From a virus, in IMG/VR virus record IMGVR_UViG_3300005838_000003: 33,712 bases of DNA. One strand, given 5' to 3'. Below the pieces are notes generated by a model. It did not search any database. It saw only the letters and a list, made by a program, of their open reading frames with translations, and was not told the origin of the DNA. Positions 1-7,791 of this stretch are shown here, piece after piece; the stretch's first letter is position 1; each line of letters opens with the position of its first letter. The translations under genes and the position numbers were made by a program.

Positions 1-120
1 ATACCGTATCATTCATTATATAATACATATAGAAAAGTAATAGAAAGATTAAAAAAAATATTATGATAGAAAAATTATTAAGCAGAGTAGGAATTGAAGT
101 TTGGAAGGACATACCAGAAT
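1..120. repeat. Left copy of an exact 120-bp terminal direct repeat (identical to 33593-33712). It is either the assembly overlap of a circular/permuted genome or a true terminal redundancy.
   Basis: Compared base by base: both copies read ATACCGTATCATTCATTATATAATACATATAG...GGAAGGACATACCAGAAT. The repeat spans the 3' end of the sigma-like ORF and the 5' end of the HNH ORF, so the unique unit is 33592 bp. Confidence 0.95.
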
Positions 121-563
121 ACGAAGGACGTTATCAAGTAAGCAATTTAGGCAGGATTAAAAACATAAATTATCGTGGAACTAATAGAACTAAATATTTA
201 AAATCTAATACTAAAAGAAAATCAGTATGTCTATATAAAAATAAAATTTCTAAAAAAACTTCAATTGCTGTTTGGATGGCGATTGCTTTTTTAAATTTTA
301 AACCTAATCGTTATTCAATAGTAGTTGACCATATTGATAATGATGCAACAAATGATTGTTTATATAATTTGCAAGTAATAAGCCATAGGGAAAACATATC
401 TAAAGATATTAAAAACAAAGTTGGATATACTGGTGTAAGAAAAAATGGAAAAAAATGGAATGCAAAAATTGATATTAATCATAAAAGAATTTATTTAGGA
501 ACTTTTGAAACACCTCAAGAAGCCTCACAAGCATATCAAACTGAATTAAATAAAATACAATGA
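63..563 (+). CDS. HNH homing endonuclease with a NUMOD4-like N-terminus and an AP2-type DNA-binding C-terminus
   Basis: WKDIPEYEGRYQVSNLGRIK is NUMOD4-like. VDHIDNDATNDCLYNLQVISHRENISK is the HNH core. GVRKNGKKWNAKIDINHKRIYLGTFETPQEASQAYQ is AP2-like. On the circular map its ATG overlaps the stop of the sigma-like ORF (ATGA). Confidence 0.9.
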   Translation: MIEKLLSRVGIEVWKDIPEYEGRYQVSNLGRIKNINYRGTNRTKYLKSNTKRKSVCLYKNKISKKTSIAVWMAIAFLNFKPNRYSIVVDHIDNDATNDCLYNLQVISHRENISKDIKNKVGYTGVRKNGKKWNAKIDINHKRIYLGTFETPQEASQAYQTELNKIQ

Positions 564-694
564 AATTAGGAGATTTAGTTTATTACTTTACATACTATAC
601 AGGAATTAAATATATTTGGAAAAAGATTAATCCTAACTGTAAGTGTGATAAACGTAGAAAGGATTGGAATAAAATAAAAATTAAAAGATGGTAA
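560..694 (+). CDS. Mini-ORF, 44 aa (MKLGDLVYYFTYYTGIKYIWKKINPNCKCDKRRKDWNKIKIKRW), hypothetical
   Basis: Translated manually; it is below the track cutoff. Its ATG overlaps the HNH stop (ATGA at 560-563) and its stop overlaps the next ATG (688). Hydrophobic N-terminus, basic CxC tail. Confidence 0.45.
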   Translation: MKLGDLVYYFTYYTGIKYIWKKINPNCKCDKRRKDWNKIKIKRW

Positions 695-900
695 AATTTA
701 ATGACTATGACTATAAACTTTGGAAAGCCTTTAGAATTTCAAAATCAGACACTATCCTTAGAACAGAATATAGAATGGTATGTCTCCTCCACTCACAATA
801 TTACAAGCATAAATACACAGAACCTTGTGTATGTAATCCCAAAAAAATAAATAAATGGATAAAAGATTTAAATATTATTTGGGATAATGGCAGTAAGTAA
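688..900 (+). CDS. Hypothetical protein, 70 aa
   Basis: ORF track. It is chained by overlaps to both neighbours. No recognisable motif. Confidence 0.6.
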   Translation: MVKFNDYDYKLWKAFRISKSDTILRTEYRMVCLLHSQYYKHKYTEPCVCNPKKINKWIKDLNIIWDNGSK

Positions 901-1300
901 AATTCATAAACTTGAGAAAGCATTAATAAACTTTTTAAATTTTGATGGTTGGGAGCTTGAATGGACTGGTGAGGGTTATACGCATTACGATGCTAAAGGC
1001 AAAACCCCTAAAGGTTTTGACTGCGTTATTGAAATGAAATTTAGAAATAAATATTATGAAAAGAAAATGATAGAAAAGTATAAGTATGACCAATTAATGA
1101 AAATAGATAAAAATATAATAAAACTTTATTTTGTAAATGACCCAAAAGGAAATTTTTTATATTGGTTGAATAATTTAATAATGCCTGAAGCAGAGCCAAT
1201 GTATTGCCCAGATACTACTCTATGGACAAAAAAAAGAGTACTCAAGCCTGTTTATCTTTTAGAAGAAAAAGAAGCCACAAAAATAAATTTAAATGTTTGA
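887..1300 (+). CDS. Hypothetical protein, 137 aa; possible PD-(D/E)xK nuclease fold
   Basis: HYDAKGKTPKGFDCVIEMKFR gives a D...E-x-K-like arrangement. This is a weak assignment from the motif only. Confidence 0.5.
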   Translation: MAVSKIHKLEKALINFLNFDGWELEWTGEGYTHYDAKGKTPKGFDCVIEMKFRNKYYEKKMIEKYKYDQLMKIDKNIIKLYFVNDPKGNFLYWLNNLIMPEAEPMYCPDTTLWTKKRVLKPVYLLEEKEATKINLNV

Positions 1301-1712
1301 TGTAGGAATAACTTTTAGCACCTTTGATTTATTTCATATAGGACATATTAAAATGCTTGAAGAAGCAAAAAGTAAATGCGAATATTTAATTGTAGGATTA
1401 CAACTTGACCCAAGTTTAGAGCGAAAAGAAAAAAATAAACCAATACAAAATATAATAGAAAGATACACACAATTAAAAGCCTGTAAATATGTAGATGAAA
1501 TTATTCCTTATATTTATGAAGATGAAATTTTAGATATATTAAGTACTTATAAAATAAATATTAGAATTATAGGTGAAGAATACAAAAATAAAACTTATAC
1601 AGGTAAAAAATATTGTCAACAAAATAATATTAAAATATATTATAATAGTCGTAAACATAGATTTTCTTCATCCCTATTAAGAAAACAACTATATAATTCA
1701 AATAAAACATAA
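1293..1712 (+). CDS. HIGH-motif nucleotidyltransferase (cytidylyl/adenylyltransferase, TagD or RfaE-domain-II-like)
   Basis: STFDLFHIGHIKMLEEAK carries the HxGH motif. CEYLIVGL, KYVDEIIP and the C-terminal RFSSSLLRK parallel glycerol-3-phosphate cytidylyltransferase and heptose-1-P adenylyltransferase as I recall them. Confidence 0.85.
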   Translation: MFDVGITFSTFDLFHIGHIKMLEEAKSKCEYLIVGLQLDPSLERKEKNKPIQNIIERYTQLKACKYVDEIIPYIYEDEILDILSTYKINIRIIGEEYKNKTYTGKKYCQQNNIKIYYNSRKHRFSSSLLRKQLYNSNKT

Positions 1713-1743
1713 ATATACATTTTTTTATTAATTATAATTTATA

Positions 1744-1751
1744 TATATTTG
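1744..1751 (+). promoter_or_regulatory. TATATTTG box (Bacteroidota sigma-A type -7 element TAnnTTTG), putative early/middle promoter
   Basis: Intergenic, 22 nt upstream of ATG 1773, embedded in ATATATATTTGTTATATAAT. The same octamer occurs at five other intergenic sites. Confidence 0.5.
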
Positions 1752-1772
1752 TTATATAATAAAATAAATATT

Positions 1773-2033
1773 ATGTATGAAATAAAAAATTATATTAAAG
1801 AATTTTATATAAATGGCAAATTAATTGGTAAAATTATTTTAGAAAAACCTGACAGAGAAAAATTAGGTTACTCTGGTAAAAGATTAGAAATATTATCTGA
1901 GGATATAAAATTTAAAAAATTATATAAAAAGGGCACAGAGGTTTATACAGAAACATCTCCTATTTGTGGTAAAGTACTGGGAACACAAAAAGAAAAATTT
2001 CAAATATTAGCAAACTCAAGAATAAAATTTTAA
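1773..2033 (+). CDS. Hypothetical protein, 86 aa from ATG 1773
   Basis: The track ORF starts at TTG 1749, which lies inside the TATATTTG box. The first in-frame ATG (1773, MYEIKNY...) is a more plausible start. Confidence 0.65.
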   Translation: MYEIKNYIKEFYINGKLIGKIILEKPDREKLGYSGKRLEILSEDIKFKKLYKKGTEVYTETSPICGKVLGTQKEKFQILANSRIKF

Positions 2034-2035
2034 TT

Positions 2036-2218
2036 ATGTACAAACTAGACAAATACAAACAGAACTTAGCCATACAAGGAAATAAAGTATGGAGTTACAC
2101 AACTAATGTAGCAACAATAGAAGGTAACAAATTAATTCAACACGGATGGTGGAGTGTTACTACACAAAAGCACATCAACTATGTTGCTAAAGAACTAAAC
2201 TTAACATTAGTTAAATGA
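2036..2218 (+). CDS. Hypothetical small phage protein, 60 aa
   Basis: ORF track. VWSYTTNVATIEGNKLIQHGWWSVTTQKHINYV looks like a globular conserved small protein. Its stop overlaps the next start (ATGA). Confidence 0.65.
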   Translation: MYKLDKYKQNLAIQGNKVWSYTTNVATIEGNKLIQHGWWSVTTQKHINYVAKELNLTLVK

Positions 2219-2568
2219 AATATAATTCTGATTTTAAATATGATTTAGATTTAGGTTTATTAGGGGAAAAATTAGTAGTTGATATTTTGACTAATAAAAA
2301 AATTGAAGTTAAAACAGATTATAAAGCATTACAAACAGGAAATGTTTTTGTTGAATATTTTAGCAGAGGAAAAGAAAGTGGAATTTCTGTATCAAAAAGT
2401 GATTGGTATTGTTTTATCATATCAAATGATAATATAATTTTTATTAAAACACAAAAACTTAAAGACTTATGCAGAAAATATCTCAACACTACAAAAGATG
2501 TATTAGGTGGGGATAACAATACAAGTGCAGGTATTTTATTATCTTTAAAAGAATTAATATGTATATAA
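2215..2568 (+). CDS. Hypothetical protein, 117 aa; possible PD-(D/E)xK nuclease fold
   Basis: GEKLVVDILTNKKIEVKTD gives D-x9-E-V-K, followed by FVEY. Motif-level guess only. Confidence 0.5.
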   Translation: MKYNSDFKYDLDLGLLGEKLVVDILTNKKIEVKTDYKALQTGNVFVEYFSRGKESGISVSKSDWYCFIISNDNIIFIKTQKLKDLCRKYLNTTKDVLGGDNNTSAGILLSLKELICI

Positions 2569-2720
2569 AACCAAATCCATTTGAAAGTGAAATATTTGAA
2601 TATCACAGAATACAAGAAAAAACAAAAGCAATTAAAAATTCAATAGAAGTTTTAACCTTTCACGGATATACTATTTTAGACTTAGAAGGCAAAATAATAC
2701 GTAAAGAAATAAAAGAATGA
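2559..2720 (+). CDS. Mini-ORF, 53 aa (MYIKPNPFESEIFEYHRIQEKTKAIKNSIEVLTFHGYTILDLEGKIIRKEIKE)
   Basis: Translated manually. It fills the otherwise non-coding gap 2569-2716, and its stop overlaps the exonuclease ATG (ATGA at 2717-2720). Confidence 0.45.
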   Translation: MYIKPNPFESEIFEYHRIQEKTKAIKNSIEVLTFHGYTILDLEGKIIRKEIKE

Positions 2721-3430
2721 TATTATTAGTAGATGCAGATAGTTTAGTTTTTGCAAGTTGTTGTAGAACTAAAAACACTCCAGATGAATTTCCTTATTAT
2801 ACAAAAATTAATGATTCAATAAATAAGTTTGATGAACAGTTTATGAAAATTGTAAATGATTTAGAACAAAAATATGATATTGAAAAGGTGATTACGTTTA
2901 ATGGGTGTAAAGGTAATTTTAGAAAACAATTAACAAGAGATTACAAAGCTAATAGAAGAAATCAACCACTACCTCCATTGCTACACGATATACACCAGTA
3001 TGTAAAAGATACTTATAATAGTAAATTTGCTTTTGGTATTGAAACAGATGATATGGTTGCTAGATATTGGAAAACCTTAAGCCAAGAATTTGGTAGAGAT
3101 AATGTAATGATAGTCAGTATTGACAAAGATTACAAGCAGTTTCCTTGTTTAATGTATAATTATCACTATAAACATCAAGTAGTATTAGATATAAGCGAAC
3201 AAGAAGCATTATATAATTTCTATGAACAAATGATAATGGGAGATGTTGCTGACAATGTTAACTACTTTAAAGGAAAAGGTAAAAAATTTGCTGAAAAATA
3301 TTACAAAAATTGTACAACTAAGTATCAATATACAAAAAAACTTTACGAATTATTTAAACAAAAATATAAAAGTAAAGCTAAATTAAAGTATATTGAATGT
3401 TATAATTTACTAAAACTTAGGACAAGTTGA
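2717..3430 (+). CDS. 5'-3' exonuclease / flap endonuclease (PIN-like; T5 D15 / T4 RNase H / Pol I 5'-nuclease class)
   Basis: ILLVDADSLVF, FRKQLTRDYKANR, GIETDDMVA, IVSIDKDYKQ and MGDVADNV match the ordered acidic motifs of FEN-family 5' nucleases. Confidence 0.88.
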   Translation: MILLVDADSLVFASCCRTKNTPDEFPYYTKINDSINKFDEQFMKIVNDLEQKYDIEKVITFNGCKGNFRKQLTRDYKANRRNQPLPPLLHDIHQYVKDTYNSKFAFGIETDDMVARYWKTLSQEFGRDNVMIVSIDKDYKQFPCLMYNYHYKHQVVLDISEQEALYNFYEQMIMGDVADNVNYFKGKGKKFAEKYYKNCTTKYQYTKKLYELFKQKYKSKAKLKYIECYNLLKLRTS

Positions 3431-3431
3431 A

Positions 3432-3620
3432 ATGGATATTGAAGATTATTCTTATTATGTTAGATATAGAAATAATCTAACACAATTCATTATTCATAAC
3501 TGTAGTTATGCTAAAAACAAGAAAAGACTTAATAGAGTTAATTTTAATGAAAGAGAGTTATTATCTCTTTTAAAAGAATTAACAGAAATTAGTTTGTATA
3601 TTGAGAAAATAAATAAATAA
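3432..3620 (+). CDS. Hypothetical protein, 62 aa
   Basis: ORF track; starts 2 nt after the upstream stop. No motif. Confidence 0.6.
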   Translation: MDIEDYSYYVRYRNNLTQFIIHNCSYAKNKKRLNRVNFNERELLSLLKELTEISLYIEKINK

Positions 3621-3626
3621 TAAAAA

Positions 3627-3637
3627 TACGTTATATA
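3627..3637 (+). promoter_or_regulatory. Late box TACGTTATATA (copy 1 of 5), putative phage-sigma-dependent promoter core
   Basis: ACG at 3628 lies 13 nt before ATG 3641 (ParB-like gene). This copy has no TACAAAAT upstream half. Confidence 0.45.
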
Positions 3638-3640
3638 GTT

Positions 3641-4357
3641 ATGATACACCTAGTTAAGACTAATAAAATAAAAACAAACCCAAACAATCCAAGAATCATA
3701 AAGGACAATAAATTTAAAAAATTAGTTAAAAGTATTAAATATTTTCCTGAAATGTTAAAATTAAGACCTATTGTAGTCAACAAAGAAATGGTAGTACTTG
3801 GTGGGAATATGAGATTAAAGGCTTGTATTGATGCTGGACTAAAAGAAATCTGGGTAGCTAAGGCTGAGGATTTAACACCAGAACAAGAACAAGAATTTAT
3901 TATAAAAGATAATGTAAGTTTTGGAGAATGGGATTGGGATATAATTGCTAATGATTGGGACACTCAAGAAATAGAGGATTGGGGAGTTGATTTAATATTT
4001 TTTGACAAAAAAGAAGATGAATTAGATGAGAAATATTCTGAAAAAATAGGTCAAGTTACTTATGAACCTAAAGAATCAAATCATATACCAACTGATTTAT
4101 TTATAAAAGAAACTAAATTTGATAATGATATTGAAAAAATACAAAATAAAGAAATAAAAGAATTGTTAAAATTAAGAACTGCTTTTTTTACTAAGTTTAA
4201 ATTTTCAAAAATAGCTGACTATTATGCTTATCAAGCTAATGAGGAAGAAAAAAGAATATTTGAAAAGTTAGCATTAGTTTTATTAGATAAACATCAACTA
4301 ATAGAGAATGGATTTTCAGATTTAATAGAGGAACTAGGACATAAAGACTATGAATAA
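3641..4357 (+). CDS. ParB/Srx-fold N-terminal domain protein, 238 aa
   Basis: KTNPNNPRII and LRPIVVNKEMVVLGGNMRLKACIDAGLKEIWV match the NPR and GGxxR boxes. A W/D/E-rich linker FGEWDWDIIANDWDTQEIEDWGVD follows, like the linker preceding the methylase in ParB-methyltransferase fusions (recalled, not searched). No methylase domain is present. Confidence 0.85.
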   Translation: MIHLVKTNKIKTNPNNPRIIKDNKFKKLVKSIKYFPEMLKLRPIVVNKEMVVLGGNMRLKACIDAGLKEIWVAKAEDLTPEQEQEFIIKDNVSFGEWDWDIIANDWDTQEIEDWGVDLIFFDKKEDELDEKYSEKIGQVTYEPKESNHIPTDLFIKETKFDNDIEKIQNKEIKELLKLRTAFFTKFKFSKIADYYAYQANEEEKRIFEKLALVLLDKHQLIENGFSDLIEELGHKDYE

Positions 4358-5186
4358 AAAAATAAATACAATTTATATAATATCAAAAGGCAGACCAAAT
4401 TGTCGTACTGCTAAAACATTAACCAAAATGAATTATAAGGGTGATTGGTTTATTGTTTGTGGCAATAATGATGAAACTATTGAAAAATACAAATCAAACT
4501 GGGGAGAAGATAGAATTTTAATTTTCGATTGGTATGATGAAGTAAAAAAAAGTGATTTATTAGATAATTTTGGAGTAGAAAAAATGTCAAGTGGAGCTGT
4601 GCCTGTAAGAAATGCAACAAGAACTATTGCAGAAAATAGAGGAGAAATAAGACATTGGCAATTTGATGATGATTATAGTTCATTTTATCATATTAAAGAT
4701 AATAAGAAAAATTGGTTTAAATTAAATGGAGAACAATTTGAAAAGGAAATATATAAATTAGCAGAGTATGCAGATAGATGCAAATTAGCAAATATAGGTT
4801 TTGCAGTTGCTTCTGATACAAGACCTGAAATGATACATAATGTAGGACACAGAGTTTTTAATGCTCATAATATGCCAACAGATTTAAACTTATTTACTGA
4901 GTGGAAAAGCAGAATGAATGATGATTTAATAAATGCTATTGAAACTTATAGAAAAGGTGATTACGAATTATTTGTAAAATATATGAATATACAAATGCCA
5001 CCAACTCAATCTGAAGGTGGAGGAAATACAGATATATATTTATTAGATGGTACTGTAAGAAAAGCTGCGTATGCTATTATGATAGAACCTAAAAATGTTA
5101 AGTTAACTATAATGCACGGAAGGTATCATCATAGAGCAAATTGGTCAGGAATCATTCCTAAAGTTATACACAGCAAATATGCTTAA
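4350..5186 (+). CDS. Hypothetical protein, 278 aa; candidate GT-A-type glycosyltransferase
   Basis: N-terminal strand-like TIYIISKGRPN and an acidic WQFDDDYSSF (DxD-like) about 100 aa later. It overlaps both neighbours by 8 nt. The fold assignment is a guess; the ORF itself is solid. Confidence 0.35.
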   Translation: MNKKINTIYIISKGRPNCRTAKTLTKMNYKGDWFIVCGNNDETIEKYKSNWGEDRILIFDWYDEVKKSDLLDNFGVEKMSSGAVPVRNATRTIAENRGEIRHWQFDDDYSSFYHIKDNKKNWFKLNGEQFEKEIYKLAEYADRCKLANIGFAVASDTRPEMIHNVGHRVFNAHNMPTDLNLFTEWKSRMNDDLINAIETYRKGDYELFVKYMNIQMPPTQSEGGGNTDIYLLDGTVRKAAYAIMIEPKNVKLTIMHGRYHHRANWSGIIPKVIHSKYA

Positions 5187-6279
5187 AGTAGATTATTTAA
5201 TTGTAGGTGCAGGATTTTATGGTTCTATTTTAGCTTATAATGCTAAAAAAAAAGGATATAAATGCTTAGTAATAGATAAAAGAAATCATATTGCAGGTAA
5301 TTGCTATACCTTTACTAAAGATAATATTGATTTCCATAAATATGGTCCTCATATATTTCATACAGATGACAAAGAAGTCTGGGAATTTATAAATAAGTTT
5401 ACCGATTTTAATAATTATATTAATTCTCCGTTAGCAGTATATAAAAAAAAATTATATAATTTGCCATTTAATATGAATACGTTTTATCAATTATTTAATA
5501 CATACAATATTGATGAAATAAATAATATTTTAATTAAAGAAAAAGAAAAATATAAAAATATAAATCCAAGCAATTTAGAAGAACAAGCATTAAAATTAGT
5601 TGGTGATACTGTTTATAATACTTTAATAAAAGGATATACAGAAAAACAATGGGGTAGAAACTGCACTGATTTACCTGCTTTTATAATTAAAAGATTGCCA
5701 GTTAGATACACATTTGACAATAATTATTTTAATGATAGGTTTCAAGGAATCCCAATAAATGGATACACCCCTATATTTAAAAAACTATTAGAAGGAATAG
5801 AAGTAAAATTAGACACAAGTTATAAAGAAATAAAAGATAAGATTCAATATAAAAAATTAATTTATACAGGAATGATAGATGAATTCTATGATTTTTGTTT
5901 TGGTAAATTAGAGTATAGAAGTTTAAACTTTAAACATAAGACATTAGATACTAAAAATTATCAAGGCAATGCAGTAATAAATTATACAGAAAAATCAATA
6001 CCTTACACAAGAATTATTGAACATAAACATTTTAATAAAACTAAAGAATCAGATAAAACAATAATAAGTTACGAATACTCTGAAGAATATAATGGAACTA
6101 ATGATGCTTACTATCCTATTGGATTAAATAAAAATAAAATAATATATAATAAATACAAAGAATTATCTAAAGAAAATCCTAATATTATATTTGGAGGTAG
6201 ATTAGGAGATTATGCTTACTATGATATGGATGATATTATTAAAAAAGCATTAGATAAATCTAAAGAAATATTAAATTAA
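5179..6279 (+). CDS. glf: UDP-galactopyranose mutase
   Basis: DYLIVGAGFYGS (FAD Rossmann), GPHIFHT, SPLAVYKKKLYNLPFNMNTF, IKGYTEKQWGR, LPAFIIKRLPVRYTFDNNYFNDRFQGIP, LEYRSL, QGNAVINYT..PYTRIIEHKHF and FGGRLGDYAYYDMDD are co-linear with bacterial Glf as I recall it. Confidence 0.95.
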   Translation: MLKVDYLIVGAGFYGSILAYNAKKKGYKCLVIDKRNHIAGNCYTFTKDNIDFHKYGPHIFHTDDKEVWEFINKFTDFNNYINSPLAVYKKKLYNLPFNMNTFYQLFNTYNIDEINNILIKEKEKYKNINPSNLEEQALKLVGDTVYNTLIKGYTEKQWGRNCTDLPAFIIKRLPVRYTFDNNYFNDRFQGIPINGYTPIFKKLLEGIEVKLDTSYKEIKDKIQYKKLIYTGMIDEFYDFCFGKLEYRSLNFKHKTLDTKNYQGNAVINYTEKSIPYTRIIEHKHFNKTKESDKTIISYEYSEEYNGTNDAYYPIGLNKNKIIYNKYKELSKENPNIIFGGRLGDYAYYDMDDIIKKALDKSKEILN

Positions 6280-6281
6280 CT

Positions 6282-6653
6282 ATGAACAAAACCGAACACC
6301 ATAAAAAAGCATTATTAGAAGCACTTAGAAAAAGTTTAGGAATAGTAACAAATGCCTGTGAAAGAGTAGATGTAGGAAGAACAACATATTATGAATGGTA
6401 TAATAATGATGAGGATTTTAGAACTAAAGTAGATGATTTACAAAATATAGCTTTAGACTTTGCTGAAAGCCAACTACATAAACAGATAGCAAAACAATCA
6501 ACTGCAGCTACTATTTTTTATTTAAAAACAAAAGGAAAGAAAAGAGGATATATAGAACGTCAAGAAATCACAGGAGCAGATGGAGTGCCTACTAATTTTA
6601 AAATTGAGATAATTGACAAAACAGAAGATGTCCGAACTCCCGATACAGACTAA
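6282..6653 (+). CDS. terS: Terminase small subunit (HTH type)
   Basis: LGIVTNACERVDVGRTTYYEWYNNDEDFRTKVDDLQNIALDFAESQL...AATIFYLKTKGKKRGY is the typical HTH small-terminase pattern. It sits directly upstream of, and overlaps, terL. Confidence 0.75.
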   Translation: MNKTEHHKKALLEALRKSLGIVTNACERVDVGRTTYYEWYNNDEDFRTKVDDLQNIALDFAESQLHKQIAKQSTAATIFYLKTKGKKRGYIERQEITGADGVPTNFKIEIIDKTEDVRTPDTD

Positions 6654-7791
6654 TATTGTTTATAAACATCTTGTAAATAGTAATAAAAAAATAGTTGTAG
6701 AACAAGGGGGTACTCGTTCAGGTAAAACATATAATATTCTTTTATTTATAATATTTTACTATTGTTTTAATAATACAGGTAAAATTATAACTATCTGTCG
6801 TAAAACATTTCCAAGTTTACGAGCAACAGTATTAAGAGATTTTTTACAGATACTTAGAAATAAAAAAATATACAAAGAGCAATTTCATAATAAATCAAAT
6901 TCAGAATATAATTTATTTGGAAACCTTATTGAGTTTACTTCACTTGACCAATCACAAAAGATTAGAGGAAGGAAAAGGGATTTACTTTTTATTAATGAAG
7001 CTAACGAACTTTACTGGGAAGACTGGCAGCAGCTTATCTTTAGAACTCAAGAGAGAGTAATATTAGATTTCAACCCATCAGATGAGTACCATTGGATATA
7101 CGATAAGATATTACCAAGAGAAGACTGTGAGTTTCATAAAACAACTTACTTAGACAATCCTTTTATAGAAGATGTAATAAGACAAGAAATTGAAAGACTA
7201 AAAGAAACAGACGACCAATATTGGCAGATTTATGGATTAGGAGAAAGGGCATCAAGTATTAATACAATATTTAAATATGTTGAGATTAAACAAATACCTA
7301 TTGATGCTAAGTTAATAGCATACGGAATGGACTTTGGTTACTCAACTGACCCAACTACCCTTGTATCAGTTCATAAGAGTAATTATGACCTGTATATAAA
7401 AGAATATTTATACAGAACGCAAATGACAACGCAAGACATTAATGTATTTCTAAAAGAACAAAACCTATTAAGAAATCCTATCTATGCTGATTCTGCTGAA
7501 CCTCGTTTAATTGCTGAACTTAGAAGAATGGGTCATAATATATTTCCAAGTTTAAAAGGACCAGATTCAATAAGAGCAGGAATTGATTTATTAAAAAGAT
7601 ATAAATTACACATCACATCCGACTCAACAAATGCTATACTTGAATTTAGAAACTATAAATGGAAAGAAGATAGAAGTGGCAAATTAATTAACGTTCCTGA
7701 AGATAAACATAATCATATAATCGACCCTTGTCGCTATGCTACTTACTCTTTATTATCAAGACCAAACTTTGGGAAGTATGCCATACAATAA
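6628..7791 (+). CDS. terL: Terminase large subunit (PBSX/Terminase_3-like)
   Basis: Walker A GGTRSGKT and Walker B LLFINEANE. Nuclease acidic motifs GMDFGYSTDPT, IYADSAEPRLI and HIIDPCRYA. ATG 6628 preferred over the track's TTG 6613. Confidence 0.93.
   Translation: MSELPIQTNIVYKHLVNSNKKIVVEQGGTRSGKTYNILLFIIFYYCFNNTGKIITICRKTFPSLRATVLRDFLQILRNKKIYKEQFHNKSNSEYNLFGNLIEFTSLDQSQKIRGRKRDLLFINEANELYWEDWQQLIFRTQERVILDFNPSDEYHWIYDKILPREDCEFHKTTYLDNPFIEDVIRQEIERLKETDDQYWQIYGLGERASSINTIFKYVEIKQIPIDAKLIAYGMDFGYSTDPTTLVSVHKSNYDLYIKEYLYRTQMTTQDINVFLKEQNLLRNPIYADSAEPRLIAELRRMGHNIFPSLKGPDSIRAGIDLLKRYKLHITSDSTNAILEFRNYKWKEDRSGKLINVPEDKHNHIIDPCRYATYSLLSRPNFGKYAIQ

Noticed and set aside
1749-1772. N-terminal extensions in the track: TTG-initiated at 1749, 6613, 8114, 11129 and 31054, and ATG-initiated at 29732.
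   Set aside because: The TTG codons at 1749 and 31054 lie inside the TATATTTG promoter boxes. Those at 8114 and 11129 overlap upstream coding sequence. In each TTG case an in-frame ATG a few codons downstream (1773, 6628, 8147, 11135, 31087) restores the ATGA/TAATG coupling pattern. The 29732 start is an ATG and remains a possible alternative to 29777.
3641-6279. The classical T-even-type DNA base glycosylation pathway as the explanation for the GT-like/Glf pair.
   Set aside because: I found no dCMP/dUMP hydroxymethylase (thymidylate-synthase-like), no TET/JBP dioxygenase, no dCTPase/dUTPase and no nucleotide kinase in the genome. If DNA is the target, the chemistry must be different. Virion-protein or host-glycan targets remain equally plausible.
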